Of a stretch of DNA of 64,000 nucleotides, positions 25,357 through 35,100 are shown one piece after another. The notes under the pieces were generated by a model. It was not told the DNA's origin and made no database searches. It saw only the letters and a program-made list of their open reading frames with translations. Numbering within the stretch: position 1 is the first letter of the stretch; each line of letters opens with the position of its first letter. The stretch spans positions 1-64,000 of IMG/VR virus record IMGVR_UViG_3300021404_000006. One strand, given 5' to 3'. Both the position numbers and the translations under genes were made by a program. This DNA comes from a virus.

Positions 25357-26012
25357 ACGCGCCTCTCGTAACCGTCGTCACGTCTTCCTGGCAGCGAGCT
25401 ACTACGGTCGTCAACCACGCGGTGGCCAGCATCGAGCGGCAGACTTACCCGCGTGTTCAGCATCTGGTAGTTATCGACGGGTTCGACCCGGCTACCGAAG
25501 ATTCCCTGACCGAAGCCGGGTACAGCACTGATGGCGAATCAATGCGCAGGTTCGTAGCTCTCGGGCGCAACTGGTCCGCCTTGGCGATAGAGGCGCGCTA
25601 CGGGGGCGACACAGGCCAGCTCAGCGGATTCGGGGCTACCGCCCGGCTGACAGGTTCTCTTCTTGCCGCCGGGGACCTGGTGGCGTACCTGGACGACGAC
25701 AATGACTACACGGAATCGCATATAGCCGAGATGGTGCAGCTGTTCGAGGAGAATCCTCATATCGAATTCGCGCTGAGCGCCGGAAGCTGTGTTCCTTCTT
25801 CGCCGTTTCCGGCCGTAGGGCGCGCTGACACCTCGGGAATCATGCACCGGACCCGGCTTGTGATGACCCACGGGGGATTCGACCCCAGAGACGGCTACGA
25901 AGGGGACGGAAAGATGCTCGCACGGTGGGCTGCGGCAGGAGTACCGTGGGCCGCTAAGGACACTTGCACTTTCATTCTGCACGGATACCACCACGGAGCG
26001 CCGCTAGGATGA
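25353..26012 (+). CDS. Glycosyltransferase family 2
   Basis: PLVTVV, AVASIERQTY, LVVIDG, VAYLDDDN DxD motif. Confidence 0.88.
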   Translation: MNAPLVTVVTSSWQRATTVVNHAVASIERQTYPRVQHLVVIDGFDPATEDSLTEAGYSTDGESMRRFVALGRNWSALAIEARYGGDTGQLSGFGATARLTGSLLAAGDLVAYLDDDNDYTESHIAEMVQLFEENPHIEFALSAGSCVPSSPFPAVGRADTSGIMHRTRLVMTHGGFDPRDGYEGDGKMLARWAAAGVPWAAKDTCTFILHGYHHGAPLG

Positions 26013-27034
26013 CTACTGTCGTAATCGCGTCTAACCGCGAAGAGTCCATGCAGCGGTGGCTTGCCGCCTGGCGCGAGCAGCTGAAGGACACCCGGGTAAT
26101 CCTGGTAGAGGACAGCCCTTCGAAATCATTCGATCTTAACACGGCGGGTTATTCGGGCTTTGAGCACTACGCCTGGGATGACATCGACCGTGACCTCGGC
26201 GGCGACTCGTGGATCATTCCCAGGCGCAGCTCGGCAGTCAAGAGCTACGGATTCCTGAAGGCCATGGGCGACATCACCTGGACCCTGGACGACGACTGCT
26301 TCCCTGAGCCTGATTTTGACTGGTGCAATTACGTGCGCAGCATAGAGGCCATCATGACTTACGGGTACTCCGAGCATGAATGGGAAAACACCCTGCCTTC
26401 CGCGTGCCTGCTGTACCCGCGCGGCTACCCGTACGACATCCGCAAGAACAAGCCGGTCAAAGTGTGGCACGGGCTGTGGTCCAATATCCCTGACCTTGAC
26501 GGGGTGACGGCTCTTGAGCACCCGGGATTCAGGACCCCGCCGGAAACAGGGCTCAGGGTAATGCCGTACGGAAAGCTGTTCGCTATGTGCGGAATGAACC
26601 TCGCCTTCAGCCCGGACATGCTCCCGGTTATGTACTTCCAGCTTCAGGGGCACGAGAAGACCCGTAACGGCCTGGAAAAACTGCCGTTCGACCGATTCGA
26701 TGACATCTGGGCCGGCCTGTTCGTGAAGAAGACACTGGACCAGATGGGGTGGCTGGCCGTTTCAGGCGGCCCCAGCATTAAGCACACCAAGGAATCCGAC
26801 CCGCAGACGCGCGTGGAAAAGGAAGCACCAGGCATCAAGGTTCACGAGTCTTTGTGGAAGCACATAGCTTCCGTTGACCTGACCGGGCTCAAAACTCCTG
26901 GTAGCTGTTATCCGGTGCTCGCAGATGCGATAGAATCCTTTGCACGGTGCGACAACGAAAACGACTACGAGCACCTTTACTACTGGTATAAGCTGGCGCG
27001 GGCCATGCATATCTGGACGGAGCTGACAGCATGA
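26009..27034 (+). CDS. Reversibly glycosylated polypeptide / UDP-arabinopyranose mutase-like (GT75, RGP family)
   Basis: WTLDDDC, YPRGYPY, HGLWSNIPDLDG, MCGMNLAF, RFDDIWAG - hallmark RGP motifs. Confidence 0.85.
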   Translation: MTTVVIASNREESMQRWLAAWREQLKDTRVILVEDSPSKSFDLNTAGYSGFEHYAWDDIDRDLGGDSWIIPRRSSAVKSYGFLKAMGDITWTLDDDCFPEPDFDWCNYVRSIEAIMTYGYSEHEWENTLPSACLLYPRGYPYDIRKNKPVKVWHGLWSNIPDLDGVTALEHPGFRTPPETGLRVMPYGKLFAMCGMNLAFSPDMLPVMYFQLQGHEKTRNGLEKLPFDRFDDIWAGLFVKKTLDQMGWLAVSGGPSIKHTKESDPQTRVEKEAPGIKVHESLWKHIASVDLTGLKTPGSCYPVLADAIESFARCDNENDYEHLYYWYKLARAMHIWTELTA

Positions 27035-28074
27035 CCAAGCGCATCTTGATCTCGGGAGCCGGCGGCTTTGTAGGCCATCATTTCCTTGAGCACGTCCTGA
27101 TTAACACGAACTGGGATGTGGTGCTCACCGATTCTTTCCGGCACAAGGGCACGAACGACCGCGTAGCGGAAGTTATCGAAGGTCACGACTGGCGTTCTCG
27201 TATCGACGTTATCATGCATGACCTGCTGGCTCCTTTCACCGCGCGTGAGGCTCAGCGGATCGGAGACATCGACTACATCGCCGCTATAGCCTCTGAGAGC
27301 CACGTAGACCGCTCTATCCAGGAGCCTGCCCCGTTCATCAGGAACAACGTAGAAGTAGCCCTTAACACACTGGAGCTAGCCCGCGTCCTTCAGCCCAGGG
27401 CAGTTATCTGGGTGTCTACCGATGAAACCTACGGGCCGGTAGCTGCCGATGACTACGCAGGCCATCCTGAATGGGACGTAGTTCTTCCCTCGAACCCTTA
27501 CTCCGGCTCCAAGGCTGCCCAGGAAGCGATTGCTATTTCCTACTGGCGTACTTACGGAGTTCCGGTCGTAATCCTGAACATCATGAACATGATCGGTGAA
27601 CGCCAGGATCTGGAGAAGTTCATTCCCCGGGTTATCTCCAAGGTAGCACAGGGCGAGCTGGTTACCATTCACGGTTCTGAGGGCAATATCGGCACGAGGC
27701 ACTACCTGCACGCGAGGAACGTAGCCGATGCTTCTCTCTTCCTGCTGAACCACACCGACCCGGCCGCATTTCCCGCGCACAAGGCCTACGACAGCCAGCC
27801 TGTGTCTGACCGGCCCGACCGTTACAACATCGCCAGTCCTGACCGGATCGACAACCTGACACTGGCGAAGATGATCGCAGAGGATATCGGCCAGCCGCTG
27901 AAGTACAAGCTGGAAGACTTCCACACCACGCGCCCTGGCCACGACCCTCACTACGGCCTGGACTCCTCGAAGATCAGGGCACTGGGCTGGGAGCTTCCGG
28001 TAGCGTTCCGCGAGTCCCTGGAGCGTACGGTGAAGTGGACTATGGCTAATCCGCGCTGGCTGTTGACAGACTAG
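27031..28074 (+). CDS. rmlB: NDP-sugar 4,6-dehydratase (RmlB-like)
   Basis: GAGGFVG, ESHVDRSI, STDE-YG, PYSGSKA, RPGHD. Confidence 0.88.
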   Translation: MTKRILISGAGGFVGHHFLEHVLINTNWDVVLTDSFRHKGTNDRVAEVIEGHDWRSRIDVIMHDLLAPFTAREAQRIGDIDYIAAIASESHVDRSIQEPAPFIRNNVEVALNTLELARVLQPRAVIWVSTDETYGPVAADDYAGHPEWDVVLPSNPYSGSKAAQEAIAISYWRTYGVPVVILNIMNMIGERQDLEKFIPRVISKVAQGELVTIHGSEGNIGTRHYLHARNVADASLFLLNHTDPAAFPAHKAYDSQPVSDRPDRYNIASPDRIDNLTLAKMIAEDIGQPLKYKLEDFHTTRPGHDPHYGLDSSKIRALGWELPVAFRESLERTVKWTMANPRWLLTD

Positions 28075-28088
28075 GGTAAGCTGCGGAC

Positions 28089-28652
28089 ATGATCTCAGAT
28101 AATGCGCCTTTTCGTTACGGAATGGCCGGGGAACTCCAGCGAATACTTCATGAGGCCTACAATGACGAGCACGCTTTCATGCTCCAGGGCGGCGACGGGA
28201 TACGTACCAGCTGGATGCCTTTCCAGCTTGCCGATTTCGTAGCCATTATGACCGAGGTAATGTGCGTCACTGATGGCGTGGGATTCCTCGAAGTAGGCTC
28301 GGGCGTAGGTACCAAGTCCATGGTCGCACGGTACATGTTCGGCCTTTGCACGTTCGGCATCGAATTCAACGAGCCTCTTGCCACCGTGGCCATGCAGAAG
28401 CACCGTGGTCCTGTATGGGTAGGAGACGCGCTCACCTTTCCGCACGGTTACGGAAACTACGACATCATCTGGATGTACCGGCCGTTCCGCGACAGTGACC
28501 TTCAGGACCAGCTAGAGCAGCGCATCTACAAGGAAATGCGGCCTGGTGCGGTACTCGCCGGCGCAGGACTGGAGCACGTTCCCGATGGCTGGATTACCGT
28601 TGTCGATGACTACGACACAGGTAACCGTGGAGCCTGGAAAAAGCCCTCATGA
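28089..28652 (+). CDS. Class I SAM-dependent methyltransferase
   Basis: FLEVGSGVG, GIE, GDAL, YDIIWMYRPF. Confidence 0.85.
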   Translation: MISDNAPFRYGMAGELQRILHEAYNDEHAFMLQGGDGIRTSWMPFQLADFVAIMTEVMCVTDGVGFLEVGSGVGTKSMVARYMFGLCTFGIEFNEPLATVAMQKHRGPVWVGDALTFPHGYGNYDIIWMYRPFRDSDLQDQLEQRIYKEMRPGAVLAGAGLEHVPDGWITVVDDYDTGNRGAWKKPS

Positions 28653-29191
28653 CTAGCCGACCGGGCTGGGATATCTACTACCTCGGGATCACCGACTCGG
28701 TATCCGTCAGAGCTGACTGCACGCGGCGCAAGGTAGGCGCGATCGTAGTCAGGGACAACGCCATCATTTCCACCGGCTATAACGGCTCTCCGCCCGGGGA
28801 ACCCGGCTGCCTGTCTGACGGTGCTTGTCCCCGTGGCCGCCATTACAAGACGATGGGCTACGGTTCCATGGACTACAGCTACCACTGCGGCGGGTGCGGT
28901 CCCAAGGTTGCGTGGCCCTGCGCGATGGCTGTAGCGCCTGGTAGCTCGTACGATACGGGACCTGGAGCCTGCATAGCCCTGCACGCCGAGCAGAATGCCC
29001 TTATACGGGCCGGAGACCGCGCGCAGGGTGCAATCCTCTACTGCACTGAAAAGCCCTGTGACGGCTGTATGAGGCTCATCCAGGGGGCAGGAATCCAGAC
29101 GGCTGTCTGGTACGGCGGCCAGTGGAGCAGGGAGACGAAGAAGTCATGGCTGCGGAGAATCGCGGGCCATATCCTGAAAGCATGGCGGTAG
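28649..29191 (+). CDS. dCMP deaminase
   Basis: VGAIVV, GYNG, HAEQNA, PCDGC. Confidence 0.93.
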   Translation: MTSRPGWDIYYLGITDSVSVRADCTRRKVGAIVVRDNAIISTGYNGSPPGEPGCLSDGACPRGRHYKTMGYGSMDYSYHCGGCGPKVAWPCAMAVAPGSSYDTGPGACIALHAEQNALIRAGDRAQGAILYCTEKPCDGCMRLIQGAGIQTAVWYGGQWSRETKKSWLRRIAGHILKAWR

Positions 29192-29500
29192 AAGCAGGGC
29201 CAGGACCAGAGCGAGAGTCCGTAAAGCTCCATCAGTGGGAAGCTGACGCCTTCATGATGATCGTGGACTACAACACGTTCGAGGCCCAGCGTTTCCATCT
29301 GTCGTATGCGCTGCGCCAGATAAATACGCCGCAGGGAGATTTCGTAGTCAACGGCTACCACAAGAGCTGCCGGAAGATCTGGCGAAGTGTCCCGCCGCCC
29401 GCCGCTGAAGACCCACGGTAAGCAAACCGGAGTATCGGTTTTCAGCGATAAACGCCCTGTATCAGTCATCTGCGATAAAAAGTCCCGGTCCCCCGCAGCG

Positions 29501-29929
29501 TTAGGTGGGAGAGACCTGCGGGCGTTGCTGCTGCGGGGGCCGGGGATGCGGTTGTACCTGGTCCAACGCTGCCCTGTCCGGCTTTATTCCCCGCCTCCAG
29601 GCCCAGTGTCCCTGCTGCGCGGTCTCCAGGCGATGATGCATCAGGCAGAGCAGCCGGCACTTGGCGATCTCAGCCTCCAGCTTCTCCCAGTTGGCCGGGT
29701 CATTGGGGCTGTACCTCATCAGGTCGCTGATGTTGTGCTCTTTGTCTTCCTGGGAAATATGAGCGAATTCAAGCTGTGACGGCACTTCGATGACATTAAT
29801 GCATCCGGGCCACTGGCAGCCTGTTTCAAGCTTCCTGCGGTCTATCTCCTGCTGCCACATGCGGTTCCTGGCGCGGCGGATCTCGTTCTTCGCCTCTTTC
29901 TGCTCAGGAGTCAGCGTCACGCTGATCAT
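29501..29929 (-). CDS. HNH-like endonuclease
   Basis: CQWPGC, LEFAH, EIAKCRLLCLMHH; antisense to surrounding operon. Confidence 0.7.
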   Translation of the reverse strand: MISVTLTPEQKEAKNEIRRARNRMWQQEIDRRKLETGCQWPGCINVIEVPSQLEFAHISQEDKEHNISDLMRYSPNDPANWEKLEAEIAKCRLLCLMHHRLETAQQGHWAWRRGIKPDRAALDQVQPHPRPPQQQRPQVSPT

Positions 29930-29989
29930 AGTACTTTAACGCTGGCGGTTATACTCGATTATCTGTAATCTAAAGGTGGAGGTCCCCTG

Positions 29990-30316
29990 GTGTTCGAAGT
30001 ACCGTTGCTTGGCCAGCAGTACGAAGATCTGCACTGCCCGAACTGCGGGCTGGCAGAGCGAGTTTCGCCACCCCTGACTGCCTCTCAGACCCGATTCCAC
30101 AACTGTCCCCGGCTTCACGATCTAAGTGCTCCGCTGGTTCCAGTAACTGAGGACTGCGCAGTAAAGGCTGTCGAACGCGAGGACTACCTGAACGGCGAGT
30201 CGCAGGCAATGGGCGACGACGGCAAGGCGTACATGGCAGTTCGCACGGATTACGCGGATGGCAGGGAAGGTCGCGCCGTTAACGCCGGCCTCGCACACGG
30301 GGAGTTCAGGGTCTAA
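29990..30316 (+). CDS. Hypothetical Zn-ribbon protein
   Basis: CPNC ... FHNCP; RBS GGAGG. Confidence 0.7.
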   Translation: MFEVPLLGQQYEDLHCPNCGLAERVSPPLTASQTRFHNCPRLHDLSAPLVPVTEDCAVKAVEREDYLNGESQAMGDDGKAYMAVRTDYADGREGRAVNAGLAHGEFRV

Positions 30317-30434
30317 TGGGAAAGGCATCTCGCGCAAAACGCGAACGCAAGCAGCAGCCCGTCGTAATCCGCGCGGGACTAGCTTCAGCTACCAGCTCTA
30401 CCGGGCCGGAGCAGCAGACTAAGGAGAATGACTA

Positions 30435-30983
30435 ATGGCTTGGGGCTCCGCACCAGCGAGTGCAATATTCCAGCAGGCAATGCTAAACCCGATCACTAAC
30501 GGTGGCGGCGGCGTAGGAGCAGTGACCAAGCCTACTACCTACACGAGCCTTACGGCCGATGCAGTTAAGGTAGCTGTCTTCAACAACACCACGACTCCTG
30601 ACAGGACCGCAGCAGTTGGTTCTACAGGCTTCAACACAGGCGTATGGATCACGGCTAACGAAGTCACAGGTACCAACTGGGCGTCCGGAGGAGTTTCTGT
30701 TGGCTCCACGAAGACCTGGACTGTAGACTCGGGTTCTTCGTCGCTGTGCTACCAGGTGACAGCTCCTACCGCTGGGCAGACGAGCACGGCTTCCGTAACC
30801 CTTTCCGGGTTCTACGGCGCGTTTGTCTACGATTCCACTATCTCGGGTGGCACGGTAGCCAGTCAGGGCATCTGCTACAACTACTTCGGCGGCACGCAGA
30901 CGGTTACCGCAGCGACGTTCACAATTCTGTGGGCTACTCCTGCTTCGGCCGCCATTACGGCCATCTTCAACATCTCGGTATAA
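30435..30983 (+). CDS. Putative virion structural protein
   Basis: Thr/Ser/Gly-rich beta-type; EVTGTNWASGG; strong RBS. Confidence 0.75.
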   Translation: MAWGSAPASAIFQQAMLNPITNGGGGVGAVTKPTTYTSLTADAVKVAVFNNTTTPDRTAAVGSTGFNTGVWITANEVTGTNWASGGVSVGSTKTWTVDSGSSSLCYQVTAPTAGQTSTASVTLSGFYGAFVYDSTISGGTVASQGICYNYFGGTQTVTAATFTILWATPASAAITAIFNISV

Positions 30984-31000
30984 CAGGAAGGGGGTAGCTT

Positions 31001-31594
31001 ATGTCCGGTTACACCAACACGATGTTCGAGCAGCAGTATTCGCTCCAGGCAGCCGTCACAACGAACTCGTTCACGACGATCACCGTGATCAGCGCCAAGG
31101 CCGGGGCATCGCCCCCCCGGTGTATCATCCCAGCCGGGTTCTTCAGCGCACCGGGAAAGTCGCTTTACTATCGGGCTCGCGGTACGCTTCAGTCGGCGGC
31201 CGGCACGGCAACGTTCTCCTTCACCGGGGGCCTCGACTCAACGCAGGCTTCGCTTGGCAAGACACTGTTCGCGACGGCTAACCTAACCCCGGCTACCGGC
31301 ACGATTGTATTCGACATCGAAGGCGATATCACCGCCCAGGCGGTCGGCCAGGCGGCCAGCACACTCCAGTCCAACGGCTCAGTACGCACGGCGGGCACGA
31401 CGGCAAATGGATGGATCACGTCGGTGAACCCGACCGGCGGCGCTCTCGTGGGCGCGCAGATGCTGTTCTCCAACAGCATCACCACTCTGGACAACGAAGT
31501 TAACCAGTACTTTGAGCTGTTCTGCACGTGTTCCGCGTCCTCGGCTACTAACCAGATCATCCTTCAGCAGTTCAAGGTCTACGGCGAGAACTAA
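31001..31594 (+). CDS. Putative virion structural protein
   Basis: Thr/Ala-rich ORF in structural operon. Confidence 0.75.
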   Translation: MSGYTNTMFEQQYSLQAAVTTNSFTTITVISAKAGASPPRCIIPAGFFSAPGKSLYYRARGTLQSAAGTATFSFTGGLDSTQASLGKTLFATANLTPATGTIVFDIEGDITAQAVGQAASTLQSNGSVRTAGTTANGWITSVNPTGGALVGAQMLFSNSITTLDNEVNQYFELFCTCSASSATNQIILQQFKVYGEN

Positions 31595-31606
31595 AAGGAG
31601 AAAGCA

Positions 31607-32077
31607 ATGACCACTGTAGGCGGCACAGATCGCGGATTCGACATGCCATACACCACAGTGACCGACCGAGACCCTAGCGTGGTCTTCAACTGGACGCTAA
31701 CTCAGCCGATGATAGCGGCCTCGATCGTTATAGATCTGACAGTGCCTGACGGCGCTAACTTTCATGATCCTTCCGTCACTTACAGCATGCTTGTGGAAGC
31801 ATCGACCGATGGCTTGACATGGGAGCCAATAATCATCGGCGGTCCTGAGCCGTGCGGCATGACCTTCAACGCCAAATACGCGCCGTACGGGATACAGCAC
31901 CTCATGCTCTGGAGCAAGGCAGGCGGCACCCAGGAATACCCCGTCGGAACCCAGCTCCGGACTACGATGTCTGCGGACGGCTTGTCGCATCACGAAACAC
32001 TGTCGTTCTACGGCGGATTCGTTTACCGAGACACGACTGACGAACTTCAAATCGCCTGGTCGGGTGGTACGCAGTAG
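31607..32077 (+). CDS. Hypothetical protein
   Basis: AAGGAG RBS; structural operon. Confidence 0.7.
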   Translation: MTTVGGTDRGFDMPYTTVTDRDPSVVFNWTLTQPMIAASIVIDLTVPDGANFHDPSVTYSMLVEASTDGLTWEPIIIGGPEPCGMTFNAKYAPYGIQHLMLWSKAGGTQEYPVGTQLRTTMSADGLSHHETLSFYGGFVYRDTTDELQIAWSGGTQ

Positions 32078-32139
32078 AAAGCTTAACTCATAGAATTAGC
32101 AGGAGGATTGCGCCTGGGCGGAATAGGAGGTGATGACCT

Positions 32140-35100
32140 GTGGCCGTCGCCTTTGATGTCGCAGGTGGCGGCAGCGGTACTTCCAGCAGCACTACCTACA
32201 ACTGGACGCACACCGTAGGCGGCGGTGTCACCAACGGTGCGATCCTTGTCGGGGTTGCCACAGACGCTAGCGCTGACGGCGCGCTCACCACCACCGTCAC
32301 TATCGGCGGAACAACCGCCACATCTCTCGGCAAGATCCACTGCGACAACACCACGCAGGGATACCTGCAAGTCTTCGGCCTGGCAACCGGGTCAACCACA
32401 GGCTCCGTAGCAATCGCAACCACCGTGTCCGGTGGTACGCCCACCGACATCAACGGCGGCTCGCTGTCGTTCTCCGGTGTCAACCAGACCACCCCGTTCA
32501 TCAACACCCTTACATCGCCAGCAGTAAACAACGGATGGGGTTCGGGCACTACCCCGTCAGGTACCACCCCCGGAGCCACGACCAGCGGCAACCTCGTCGC
32601 CGGCTTCTGTGCCAACGGTAGCGCTATTGCGAGCGCCACCTCGCCGTCCACATCTCAGTTCATCGACAACTTCAAGACCACCGGCGACTTCGCGGCTGGC
32701 TGCTCAGCAGGAGCAACCAGCGCGGCTACCGGCTCAGCCGTCACGATGGCTTGGACGGTTACCAGCGACTTTTGGGCTGTGCTCGTTACCGAAGTTCAGG
32801 CAGCAGCGCCCACCTCAGCACCGCAGATTCCCCCACAGCCAGGCAGCAAGCAGTGGCAGCGCAGGCACCATCGCCATCAGCAGATAATTTCTGCGCCGCA
32901 GCAGCTCATCACCCTTGACGCCTCAACCCCGGCAGCAGTCGATAACGTCAGCAGCGTCAGCACAACCGCCACCACCGCGTCATTCTCGCCCCCAGCTAAC
33001 TCGATGGTGGTTGTAGCGGTCGATGTCGGTCTCTTGTCATCGAACGCGACGATGACGATGACGCTGGCGGACTCGCTGTCGAACTCGTATACAGCAGGCC
33101 CGAACATCTGGGCGTTCTCAAATAACGGCGTCTGGTACTTCACCCACTACTACTCGTCTGCCCCCGGCTCGATCACCCTCACCGCGACGCGTAGTTTCGC
33201 CGGCCAGGGATTGTTCTCCGTGAAGACAATGGTGCTGAACGGGGCGAACAGCAATCAGAGCGGGGCGGCGGCCCCATCCGCCACTAGCGGTAACAACGCC
33301 ACGCTGGAAAGTTCCATCACCCCGACCCAGCTCAGTAGCTGGTGCTTCGCTACTACCTCCTCCAACGCGCTAGCGGGTACCGCAGCCGGGCTCACCGAAG
33401 ACCACAACTTCCACGACGGCACAAATGGCGCTCTTGCCACGCTGGGTCACGTCAACACGTCTAGCCTAAGCCCGGAGACGATTGGGTGGACCGCTACCGC
33501 ATCAGTGTTCTGGGCATGGGCAGGGCTTGAGATCCTGCCCGCATCCCCCGGCGGCGGCCTGACTGTCAGCGCTGGACTGGCTACAGCTACCGGAACTGCA
33601 CTTGACAGCAGCGGGGGCATGGCTGTCGGTATTACCTCTACGCTCGCTACAGGCACGGGTACTTCGCTCGCTCCTGCTGTCGGCCTTACTCCCGGCCTGG
33701 CTACAGGTGTAAGCGATACGGGCCAGTACGGCGGCGGCCCTAGCGGTATCGCTCTTGATGCTTCTACCCCCACAGCCGGATACAGCTCCTCCTTCGCACA
33801 CACGCCGTTGTGGACATCAGGCGAAGTATGGGGGGCCAACCCGCCTACCTTCACCCCGCCGGCAAAGTCCCTTGTCGTGGTGATGGCGAACATCGGATTC
33901 GGATCTGGTGCTGCCGGAACGTTTACGGTCACGGACGGGTCCAACACCTACACCAACTCCGCGACGATCAGCAATACCACCGCCACTACCGCCGTGCTAA
34001 TCGCCCAGTTCTACTACACCACGTCGCCGGGCGCTATCACGGTTACCATGTCCAACAGCAACACGACTATCAACAAGGACTACTTCCTGTTCGTCCAGGT
34101 ACTCACGGGGGCAGCAGCAAGCCAGACCGGCGCGGCTAGTTCAGCGATCTCGTCTGGTGCCACAACGTCCTTCGCGGTGAACAACTCGCTGACCCCGACC
34201 CAGACTGGCTCCTGGGTGTACGTTATCGGCAACAACGGCGGCTCAACTACGGGAGCAGCGGTCACCGGGACGACCACGGCGCTAACCGACAGCGGCGGCC
34301 ACCTGGCTTCCGGCGGGTACTTCAGCGACGCGTCGAACTCGGTGGATCAGTTCACCTGGGGCAAGTACAGCGCTAACCCCACAACGTCGCTGTCCGCACT
34401 GACCCTCGGCTGGACCTATTCCGGCGGCACCGCCGGGGCCAATACCTGGGCCGCGCTGGAGATCCTGCCTGATCTTACTGCCGGCGCTGGAACGTCCGTA
34501 GCCATAGGTATTACCCCTGCACTGGCCACAGGTACCGGCGGTGCCGGCAACATTACGGTTCTCTCCCCCGGCATCAGCGCAGGCCTGGCTACGGGTACAG
34601 GTACGGCCTTCGGTATCTCGATCGTAATTAATGCCGGGCTCGCTACAGGCACAGGTACTGCTTTTGCCCCGGGCATAGGAATTACGGCCGGCCTGGCTAC
34701 TGCTACGGGTACGGCGTTGGGGGCTAGTTACAGCATTACCCCGGCGCTTGCTACAGGTACGGGTGCCGCTCTCGCACCTGGTGTCGGCATTATTCCTGGC
34801 CTGGCCTCCGGTGTCGGTGCGGCTAACGCACCTAACATTGGCTTTACCCCGGGGCTCGCTACAGGTGCTGGCGCGGCACCGGGGATTTCGCAGGCTGTTA
34901 ACGCCGGGCTTGCTACAGGCACGGGTAATGCTTTTGCCCCTGCTGTCGGTCTCACTCCTGCCCTGGCTACTGCCACAGGTACGGCATCCGGTATTTCTAT
35001 CCGGATTAACGCTGGGCTAGCTACAGGCACAGGTGCCGCTCTTGCCCCTGCTGTCGGCCTTACCCCGGGCCTTGCTACAGGCACGGGCAATGCGGGCGGT

